This document shows, piece by piece, positions 1-7,671 of a stretch of DNA of 64,000 nucleotides (the first letter of the stretch is position 1; each line of letters begins with the position of its first letter). The DNA is from a bacterium. GTDB taxonomy: Bacteria; UBA8248. The notes below the pieces were generated by a model. That model did no database searches, was not told where the DNA came from, and saw nothing but the letters and a program-made list of their open reading frames with translations. The stretch is taken from positions 3,808,001 through 3,872,000 of the forward strand of contig OY843592.1 in the NCBI GenBank assembly GCA_963692865.2, given 5' to 3'. Position numbers and translations under genes: made by a program.

Positions 1-22
1 TTCATAACGGGCTTCGCCGTTC

Positions 23-1201
23 TCACCCGACGTTCCCGTTCGTCAGGTGGGCGCCGATGCTCCCCCCCACCCGGGTGGCCGCCTCCTTCTCTGCCTGGAG
101 CATCAGGTGCGTGTAGCGCGCCGTCGTCGTTACCGTCGCGTGCCCCAGGAGCTTGCCGATCGTGTAGAGGCTCTCGCCGAGCGCCAGAGCCCTCGATGCG
201 TATGAGTGCCTGAGGTCGTGGAGCCGCACGTCGGAGAGTCCCGCCCGCTCCCGGAGGGGCCGCCAGTAGTAGTGAAGACCCGTGAGGTTCTTTCCCGGCT
301 TTTGTCCGGCGATCACCCACGGGTTGTCCGGCTGCCGGGGCAGCTTGTCGAGAACCCCCCGCACGGGATTCGTCAGTGGAACCATGCGGGGACCCGCCTT
401 GGCGTCCCTGAGCCTGAGAACTCCCGCCGTGCGGTCCACGTCGTCCCATTTGAGGTTCAGTATCTCGTTCCTCCGGCACCCGGTCAGCATGAGGAGCCTG
501 ATCGCCGTGATCGCGGGCGGCCAGACTGAGCCCGCCGCCTCGGCGTCTTTGAGCGACCGGCCCAGGCGGCGGTATTCCCCGGGTGTCAGGAACCGCTCGC
601 GCGGGCGCGTCCTGTAGAGTGATGGTCTTCTGCACGGGTTCCGCCCGGGCGGTACCAGGCCCCACGCCTCGGCCAGGTTGAACATCCTGGAGAGGAGATG
701 GATCGACGTGTTGGCCCGGCTCGGCGTATCGCGGAGGCGGTGATGAAACGCGGCGACTTCCGCCCGTCCGATCCGGCCCGGCGCCATCCCGCCCAGGGCC
801 GGCAGGACGTGCTTGTCCAGTATGGCGCGGTACTCCACGACGGTGCGCGGCTTCAGGTGCCTTTCCACGTAAACGCGCATGAAGCGCTCGGCAACCGCCG
901 CCAGGGTGAGCTCCTCCTCGGGCGGCTTGCGTCCGGGGTCTTCGCCCCGCTTGATGCGGTCGATGACGAGGGCGGCCTGCTTCCTCGCCTCCCCGGTCGA
1001 CAGCGCCCCGTGCCGCCCTAAAGTCACGCGTTTTATCCCCCCGGGTCCCCTGGATTGCACCACGTAGGCCTTCCTGCCCGTAGCGTGGACGCGCACCCCG
1101 AAGCCGGCCAGGTCCCGATCCCAGAAGAGGGTGTCCCGGTTTTCGGTTTTGAGCGCGTCGACGGCGCGCTTGGTGAGCCTGAACTCGCTTCTCCTGGGCA
1201 T
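23..1201 (-). CDS. Tyrosine recombinase/integrase with N-terminal arm-binding (DUF4102-like) domain
   Basis: Catalytic R (GCRRNE), K (DAKAG), HDLRH, LGH and Y (ARY). N-terminal LTKRAVDAL...WDRDLAGFGVRV. Start moved to MPRRSEF (1201), which follows a GAGGGG RBS. Confidence 0.93.
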   Translation of the reverse strand: MPRRSEFRLTKRAVDALKTENRDTLFWDRDLAGFGVRVHATGRKAYVVQSRGPGGIKRVTLGRHGALSTGEARKQAALVIDRIKRGEDPGRKPPEEELTLAAVAERFMRVYVERHLKPRTVVEYRAILDKHVLPALGGMAPGRIGRAEVAAFHHRLRDTPSRANTSIHLLSRMFNLAEAWGLVPPGRNPCRRPSLYRTRPRERFLTPGEYRRLGRSLKDAEAAGSVWPPAITAIRLLMLTGCRRNEILNLKWDDVDRTAGVLRLRDAKAGPRMVPLTNPVRGVLDKLPRQPDNPWVIAGQKPGKNLTGLHYYWRPLRERAGLSDVRLHDLRHSYASRALALGESLYTIGKLLGHATVTTTARYTHLMLQAEKEAATRVGGSIGAHLTNGNVG

Positions 1202-1218
1202 GGCCCCCCTCGTTGAAC

Positions 1219-1327
1219 ATGTCATCAAAACGCATACCGGCGGCGTCAATCGATATCGCGTTTCCGCATGAACAGGCGTGGTCTCTCCCGCCTGATATGT
1301 CATCAAAACGCATATCAGCGGCGTCAA
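1219..1327. repeat. Two 31-bp direct repeats upstream of the integrase (putative arm-type or regulatory sites)
   Basis: ATGTCATCAAAACGCATAccgGCGGCGTCAA (1219-1249) and ATGTCATCAAAACGCATAtcaGCGGCGTCAA (1297-1327); 29/31 identical. Confidence 0.75.
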
Positions 1328-1466
1328 ATATGGGCGTATTCAAGCATAAACACGGCGGTAAACGTTCGGCGACAGGGTGACGGCCTGCTTTTCTCATCCC
1401 GGATAATCGAGGAGATTCCCTTGCGGGGGCTGGTAACGAGATTCGACATGTGCTAATCATGTCGGC

Positions 1467-3821
1467 ATGAAGATTTGCACGGAAGATGTTCAGGCGGAAG
1501 TTTCGTTGGTCGAGAGGCCGGATGACCCACGGCCTCATCCCCCCGGGTTGCCCGCAACCGCAGAGGCGTACTGGCGTTCGCTGTACGAGCGGGAGCGTGC
1601 GCGCGCGGAGGCTGCGGAGGCGCGCTGCGAGGAGTTGCGGTGGAAGGAAGCCGATTCCCGCTCCCGTGCGGGCAGGCTGAAGCGGCAGTACGACAAGTGC
1701 CGGAAGAAGCTCGAGGCGGCCGCCGGGGAGGCGAAGGAAGCCCGCCGCGCGGCGAAGGACGCGCTGTCGCTCAAGGCGGAAGTGGAGCGGCTGGAGAAGC
1801 TGCTCGCGGAAGCGGGGGTCGAGCCGCGCAAGCGCAGCCCGCTCATGTCGTTGCGCATGGAGGTCGTCCGGCTTCGCAAGGAGCTCTCGGGCGTGCCGTC
1901 GCCGGGAGAGGCGGAGCGGGTGCGCAAGGCCCTGGAGGAGCGCAGGGAGACGATTCGCGCCCTGCGCAAGGAGGCCGGCCGGCGGGAGAAGGAGATTGTC
2001 CGGCTGGAGGAAGGATTGGCCCGGGAGAAGCAGAAGTCGGCGGCTCACAAGGAGACCATCCGGGAACTGGACGAGGAGGCCATCGGGCTCTACAGGAAGT
2101 TGCGGCGATTGCGCGACCAGGCGGAGGTGGTCGAGTCGTTGTCCGCGGAGGTCTACCGTCTTAAAGTCTCCCTCGGTGCTGCGGACATCGCCAGGGAACG
2201 GCTGAAGGCGCGGCTGTTGCGCGCGATGGAGGCGGCGCGCTCGAGGCCGCCGTCGCGTGGGGACGAGGAACTGCGCAAGGCCCTGGGGAGGTCGCGTCGT
2301 CAGAAGACGGCGCTCAGGTCGCTGTCCCGGGAGAACGCCCGGCTGTCCAGAGCGCTCCGCAGGTCGGAGACCCGCCGGGCACGGCTGGAGGCCGAACTCG
2401 CGAAGCTTCGCGCCACCGGAGCGGCGCTGGCGAAGAGGCTGTTCGGGCGCAAGAGCGAGCGGCAGGAGAAGCCGCGCTCGGACCGCAGGCGCGGCGGGCA
2501 GCCCGGCGCCCGGGGCCACGGGCGGACTCCCCGGCCCGCGCTCGATGAGAAGACCGAAGTCCGCAACCCGCCGGCCGATGCGCGCGTCTGCCCCTGTTGC
2601 GGGCAGCCCTACGCGGCCAACGGCGCACGTGTATCGAGCATTATCGAGATCGAGGTCTCGGCCCACAAGCGCGTCATCCACCGTCCGAGGTGGCGGCGGG
2701 GGTGCGAATGCGCATCGTCTCCCGCCGAAGTGTCGGCGCCGCCCGCGCCGCGCCTGTTCGCGGGTACGCCTTACGGGACGAGCGTGTGGGCGCTCTTCCT
2801 GTTCGAGCGCTACGCCTGCTTCCGTCCGCTGCGCCGGGTCGCCGCGTGGCTCTCCGACCAGGGGCTCCCGATCTCGGCGGGCACGCTGGGCGACAGCATG
2901 CACCGGTTCACGCCGCTGTTCGAGCCGCTGGCCGGGGCGATCCTCTCCCGCCAGAACGAGGCGGCGCTGCGCCACGGGGACGAGACGACCTGGCGCATAC
3001 AGTCGCTTCGCGAGCAGGGACGCTCGAGCCGCGCCTGGCTGTGGACGTCGGTCAGCACGGACTCCGTCTACTTCCACGTCGACCCCTCGCGGTCTGCTGA
3101 GGTCGCGATGAAGCTCTTCGGCGCGTCCGGCCGCCATACGGTCCTCGTCTGCGACCGCTACAGCGCCTACAAGAAGCTGGCGCGCGAACTCGACGGCGCC
3201 GTAATCCTGGCCTTCTGCTGGTCGCACCAAAGAAGAACCATCATCGACTGCGCCGCCGGCGAGGAGCGGCTGACGCCGTGGGGCGAGAGATGGATCGGGC
3301 GGATTGCGAAGCTCTACCGCCTGAACGATGCGCGCCTGGCCCGTTACGACCCGGGCGCCGAACGACAGGGCGCGGCGTTCGACGCGGCGCAGACTGCGCT
3401 CGAGAAGGCGCTCGATAGCCTGTTCACGCAGGCCCAAAGTGAACTGGCCGCCTTGCCGGCGCAGGCGCCCGAGGGCAAGGCGCTTCGCTCGCTGCTGAAC
3501 CACCGCGAGGGGCTGAGCGTCTTCCTCGAGCGCCCATGGGTGCCTATGGATAATAACCAATCGGAGAGATTGCTTCGGGGTCCCGTGATCGGCAGACGCC
3601 TCTCGTTCGGCTCCGACAGCGAGGCCGGCGCCCGGTTCACGGCGATGATGTACTCCGTCCTCGGTACGCTCTCGTTAAACGGCATCGACCCGCTCCGCTG
3701 GCTCGATGCATGGCTCACGGCCTGCGCGGAGGGCGGCGGCCGGGCGCCCGGTGACATCTCGTCCTGGCTGCCCTGGTCGATGAGTGAGGAGCGCAGGCGC
3801 GCCCTCAAGGCGCCGGGATGA
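1467..3821 (+). CDS. IS66-family DDE transposase (TnpC-like) with long N-terminal coiled coil
   Basis: LFGRKSE, GGQPGARGHG, CPCCG zinc finger, HGDET, VCDRYSAY, CWSH and DNNQSERLLR motifs. Exact start uncertain. Confidence 0.93.
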   Translation: MKICTEDVQAEVSLVERPDDPRPHPPGLPATAEAYWRSLYERERARAEAAEARCEELRWKEADSRSRAGRLKRQYDKCRKKLEAAAGEAKEARRAAKDALSLKAEVERLEKLLAEAGVEPRKRSPLMSLRMEVVRLRKELSGVPSPGEAERVRKALEERRETIRALRKEAGRREKEIVRLEEGLAREKQKSAAHKETIRELDEEAIGLYRKLRRLRDQAEVVESLSAEVYRLKVSLGAADIARERLKARLLRAMEAARSRPPSRGDEELRKALGRSRRQKTALRSLSRENARLSRALRRSETRRARLEAELAKLRATGAALAKRLFGRKSERQEKPRSDRRRGGQPGARGHGRTPRPALDEKTEVRNPPADARVCPCCGQPYAANGARVSSIIEIEVSAHKRVIHRPRWRRGCECASSPAEVSAPPAPRLFAGTPYGTSVWALFLFERYACFRPLRRVAAWLSDQGLPISAGTLGDSMHRFTPLFEPLAGAILSRQNEAALRHGDETTWRIQSLREQGRSSRAWLWTSVSTDSVYFHVDPSRSAEVAMKLFGASGRHTVLVCDRYSAYKKLARELDGAVILAFCWSHQRRTIIDCAAGEERLTPWGERWIGRIAKLYRLNDARLARYDPGAERQGAAFDAAQTALEKALDSLFTQAQSELAALPAQAPEGKALRSLLNHREGLSVFLERPWVPMDNNQSERLLRGPVIGRRLSFGSDSEAGARFTAMMYSVLGTLSLNGIDPLRWLDAWLTACAEGGGRAPGDISSWLPWSMSEERRRALKAPG

Positions 3822-3825
3822 CGCC

Positions 3826-4698
3826 GTGATCGAGTGCCGCTACTACGGACGCGACTTCACGAGCGAAGAGATGGCGCTGCTGCGCGCGCTGATCGCAGGC
3901 CCCCCGGCGCTCAACCGCCACGCGCTCTCCAGGGAGTTCTGCCGGCGCATCGGCTGGTACAAGCCCGACGGCGGGCTCAAGGACATGATGGCGCGGGTGA
4001 CCATGCTCGCCATGGACAAAGACGGCCGGATCACGCTACCCCCGCCGAAGTGGCGCCAGAACCGGCCCGGCCCGATCGTCTTCGGACCCGACACCGAGGC
4101 GCCCCTCATCCCGGCGCCCGGGACCCTCGACGAGGTACGCCCCCTCGATATGCGCATCGCCGTGCGCGGGACCCGCGAGGGCAGACTCTGGAACGAGTTC
4201 GTCGCCCGCTACCACTACCTCGGCTACAAGACCCTCGTCGGCGCCCAGATGCGCTACGCCGTCCTCGACCGCGGCGGCAGGCCCCTCGCCATGCTCGGCT
4301 TCTCCACCGCCGCGTGGAAGCTCGCCCCGCGCGACGCCTTCATCGGATGGACGCCCGAATTGCGCGAGAAGAACCTCCCCCTCGTGGTCGACAACCCGAG
4401 GTTCCTCATCCTGCCGTGGATCAAGATCCCCAACCTCGGCTCCCACATCCTCGCCATCGTCCGAAGGCGCCTGCCCGGAGACTGGACCGAGCGCTACAAC
4501 ACGACCCCCGTGCTCATCGAGACCTTCGTCGAGACGCCCCGCTACACCGGCGCCGTATACCGGGCCTCGGGATGGATCCGCGTCGGAACCACACAGGGCC
4601 GTGGACGCTACGACAGGCACAAACGCTTCGACAAGCCCAGGAAGGACGTCTGGCTGAGACCGCTCCGCAACAACTGGAAGCACGTCCTCAACCGCTGA
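3826..4698 (+). CDS. DUF4338 (DruA-like) protein inside the IS
   Basis: HYLGY, RFLILPW..NLGSHILA, ETFVE and GAVYRASGW..G.TQGRGR.D motifs. GTG start 4 nt after the transposase stop. Confidence 0.85.
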   Translation: MIECRYYGRDFTSEEMALLRALIAGPPALNRHALSREFCRRIGWYKPDGGLKDMMARVTMLAMDKDGRITLPPPKWRQNRPGPIVFGPDTEAPLIPAPGTLDEVRPLDMRIAVRGTREGRLWNEFVARYHYLGYKTLVGAQMRYAVLDRGGRPLAMLGFSTAAWKLAPRDAFIGWTPELREKNLPLVVDNPRFLILPWIKIPNLGSHILAIVRRRLPGDWTERYNTTPVLIETFVETPRYTGAVYRASGWIRVGTTQGRGRYDRHKRFDKPRKDVWLRPLRNNWKHVLNR

Positions 4699-5113
4699 AA
4701 CAACTCCCGTCACCCTGTCGCCGAACGTTTACACACGGCGAGCGCGCAAGAGACAACGGCCAGGAAAATATCAGCTTAAAATAAATGATAACAGATATTT
4801 ATATTAGATGAGCGCGTTCAGCCGCATCAGCGCCGGAGCGGCGAATTCATTTCAACCTTACATCTATTCTTTGGAGAAAGACGGAATGGCGCGGCCATTT
4901 TCGCAGGCCGGAAGAGTGTTTGCGCAACCGGTTTTTTATCCGGTTCGGTTGATAAATATTTCTCGATGCGCAGGGCGACATTGCAAGAGAGGGGGTAACC
5001 GGAGAGCGAGAAGCCCTGCAATGGAAGCAAAAGAAACGCGAATGAAATCAAGGACATCGAACATGAAGGAACGCGGCAACATTTTTTCAACCTCCAGTGA
5101 GGAGAAATACACA

Positions 5114-6331
5114 ATGAAGAAACTTCTGCTAGCTTTATTCGCGCTGACGCTGCTCGTGGCGTTCACCGCGCCTTCCTACGCGGCCGACTTCAAGTACAGC
5201 GGCTGGTTCCGGGTGCGCGGCATCGGCCAAGACAACCTGGACGGGAATGACGAGGATGACGACAACCGGAACAACATGGACTGGCTTTACCGCCCGAAAT
5301 TCACGGCGAAGAGCAAAAACGTCACCGCGATGTTGGAGTTCAATCTAGGCGGCGACTTCGAAGATGGCCCGGACGGTGCCGGCAAGCGGCCGGCGGTGTC
5401 CGTCAACAGATGGTTTGCCGACCACGCCATTCCGGGCAGCGCGGTCCGCATGCGTTGGGGCAGGTGGGACTTCGCCGGGCCGGACGGGGAAATCTTCGAC
5501 AACAACGGCTGGCACCGCGAACAAGGCATCGCGCTCTACGGCAAGCTCAGCAAGAACGTCTCGCTCAGCATGTTCCACACCAAGGAGATAGACGACAAAG
5601 GCCCCGACAACGAGGACAAGGCGGATTACTTCGCCAGCCTCTCCATCAAGGCGAGCCCCGCTCTCACCCTCACGCCGTGGGCGGCCAACTCCCGGGACGG
5701 AGCGGACGACAGCTACAACTACAGCTACCTCGGCCTGCACGCCAAGGGCAAGATGGGCGTGATCGGCCTGAACGCCTCGGGCGTCTTCCAGAGCGGTGAC
5801 CTCACCGACACCGAGGAGATCTCGGCCTGGGCGATCCTGGTGCGGACTACCAGCAGCTTCGGCAGGATGAAGCTCACGGGCCACCTCACCATGCTCTCCG
5901 GCGACGACAACGCCGCGGACAACGAAACCAATACATTCAAGTTCCCTTCAGGCGCCGGCTCGATCCACGGCGGCCTCTTCATGAGTTCGCGCAGTTTGGC
6001 GGGTTATGGCGCTCACTACGGCAGGAACCTGTCGCATTTGAACGGCGCGGTCGTGGTGGGAGTCTCGGTCGATTACAAGGTCTCCAAGACCTTGATGTTC
6101 CGCGGCGCCGTGTACTCCCACAACGCCGCCGAGAGTTCCACAGCGGCCGGCGCGGACGACGCGAAGGACTTCGGCACCGAGCTCAACGCGGGCCTCAAGT
6201 GGCAGATCTACCCGAGCCTCTATCTTGCCATGGATGCCGGCATCATGATGCGCGGCGATTACGGCAAGACGGCCAGCCAAGAGATCGACGACGCCTGGAT
6301 GGCCGCATGGCGGTTGAACCACAGCTTCTAG
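5114..6331 (+). CDS. Outer-membrane beta-barrel porin
   Basis: Sec signal MKKLLLALFALTLLVAFTAPSYA, amphipathic strands, C-terminal Phe (WRLNHSF), GAGGAG RBS. Confidence 0.85.
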   Translation: MKKLLLALFALTLLVAFTAPSYAADFKYSGWFRVRGIGQDNLDGNDEDDDNRNNMDWLYRPKFTAKSKNVTAMLEFNLGGDFEDGPDGAGKRPAVSVNRWFADHAIPGSAVRMRWGRWDFAGPDGEIFDNNGWHREQGIALYGKLSKNVSLSMFHTKEIDDKGPDNEDKADYFASLSIKASPALTLTPWAANSRDGADDSYNYSYLGLHAKGKMGVIGLNASGVFQSGDLTDTEEISAWAILVRTTSSFGRMKLTGHLTMLSGDDNAADNETNTFKFPSGAGSIHGGLFMSSRSLAGYGAHYGRNLSHLNGAVVVGVSVDYKVSKTLMFRGAVYSHNAAESSTAAGADDAKDFGTELNAGLKWQIYPSLYLAMDAGIMMRGDYGKTASQEIDDAWMAAWRLNHSF

Positions 6332-6372
6332 CAGCATGACGGACGTTCGCGTCCCATCCTGACGCGAAACCG

Positions 6373-6402
6373 ACCGGGGGGCTTCGGCCCCCCGGTTTTT
6401 TT
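6373..6402 (+). terminator. Rho-independent terminator of the porin gene
   Basis: ACCGGGGGGC-TTCG-GCCCCCCGGT followed by a T run. Confidence 0.85.
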
Positions 6403-6628
6403 GGTATCCGGCCGTTTCGCGCTGCCCACAGAACATAAGTCGGTCGGCGACAAGCGGGGGAAGCGCAGATGTTCGTACGACCGACATGCTCCGCAAAAGG
6501 GGAGGAGTTTCGTCCATGAGAGACGCCGCAATGCGGGCGGCCATCACGCCGAGGGATGACCAGTCAATTCGAACCCGGGATGTCGCCTTGCCCGGTCCGG
6601 GATTTTTAACCGAGAAAGGAGTCGCTCC

Positions 6629-7285
6629 ATGAAACGCATCATCGTCGCAGGCCTCGTGATCGTATTCGCAACCGGAGCCTTTGGCCATACTCCATCGGCG
6701 TCGGGAGCCGACATCAAGCCCGTATCGGCCGCGCTCGCTCCGATGCCGAAGCCCACATTGCCCCTCGGGACCGTATTAACTTGGAGCACAGGGCGAGTCG
6801 ACTACTCCCAGACGCTCGTGGCGTCCGATGAAACCACGGTTACTTTCAAGTCAAATCTAGGCTGTATTTTCACCATAGATAGCCATGCAGATTTCATAGG
6901 AGCTCCAGTGCGAGCCCTGAAGTGGACGAATTGCAGGCGAAGCAGCGGAACCGGCTCCATCAAAGTGATCTAGGGTGAAATCTGGCCCCTGAAAGTCGGC
7001 AAGAAGTGGCGCTACGAAACAAAGGGGTCAAATGACGCGGGCAGAAACGCGGGCAGAAGTTGGAGCAATAAAATGGATTGTGAAGTCAAGGAGCAGGTTC
7101 GAGTCAGCGTGCCAGCGGGCAGTTTCGATACCTATCATATTTTCTGCGAGACTGAGTACGTCAAAAGGGACATGTTCATTTCTCCCGTTCTCAAGACGAG
7201 CGTGTTTTATCAGTGGGAGCACAAGACCAGAATGAGAGATTTCTCGGGAGAGTTGATAAGCTATAAATCGGGAAAAGCCAAATAA
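6629..7285 (+). pseudogene. Exported protein of about 218 codons interrupted by one in-frame TAG (6971-6973)
   Basis: Signal peptide. The frame continues after TAG (GEIWPLKVGKKW...) directly into ORF 7073-7285 (VSVPAGSFDTY motif). AAGGAG RBS; AT-richer than the flanks. Confidence 0.7.
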
Positions 7286-7394
7286 AGGCTTCGCGACAGG
7301 GTTCGACAAGAAGGCGTGACGCCCTCGCAGGGAAAACCTTCGCGTTCACCCCGCCCACGCATGGCGCCCGAGTCCGGGCCCGCCGTTCGGCCGG

Positions 7395-7493
7395 ACGCTG
7401 CGCCACGTCTTCTAGCCGCATGACGGGACGTTTGCGTCCGCTCCTGACGCGAAAGCGACCGGGGGGGGGGCGCTTCGGCCCCCCGGTTTTTTT
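7395..7493 (+). repeat. Degenerate second copy of the porin 3' end, 3' UTR and terminator
   Basis: Encodes TLRHVF* (porin: RLNHSF*), followed by a near copy of 6325-6402. Confidence 0.8.
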
Positions 7494-7523
7494 GTGCGTG
7501 GATCGTGTGCGGGGTTGGTTTCC

Positions 7524-7660
7524 GTAGGGGCCGCATAGTATGCGGCCCGTTGCCGGAGGGGCGAAAAAAGGCCGGGTCGCATGATATGCGGCCCCTACAC
7601 ACCCTCCGGCAAGGTGGTATCCCGTCGCCCCCATACCGGCATTTCAGGCTTTTTCATCAA
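7524..7660. repeat. GTAG-type REP doublet plus MITE-end fragment
   Basis: GTAGGGGCCGCATAGTATGCGGCCC...GCGGCCCCTAC. About 7584-7656 is nearly identical to about 27374-27445. Confidence 0.75.
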
Positions 7661-7671
7661 TCTTTTACCCC

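Larger units (their letters stand above)
1358..4732 (+). mobile_element. IS66-family insertion sequence carrying a transposase and a DUF4338 gene
   Basis: Perfect 26-bp TIRs GTAAACGTTCGGCGACAGGGTGACGG (1358-1383, 4707-4732). 8-bp TSD ACACGGCG (1350-1357, 4733-4740). GTAA ends and 8-bp TSD are typical of IS66. Confidence 0.95.

Noticed and set aside
3826-4698. Complete Druantia defence system
   Set aside because: Only a DruA-like domain is present, with no DruE helicase or other dru genes, and it lies inside an IS.
4960-5110. Riboswitch in the porin leader (GCAGGGC/GCCCTGC and CATTGCA/TGCAATG pairings)
   Set aside because: Pairings exist, but I recognise no riboswitch consensus; an Rfam search is needed.
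6971-6973. Pyrrolysine recoding
   Set aside because: No pyl genes or methylamine methyltransferase context in the window.
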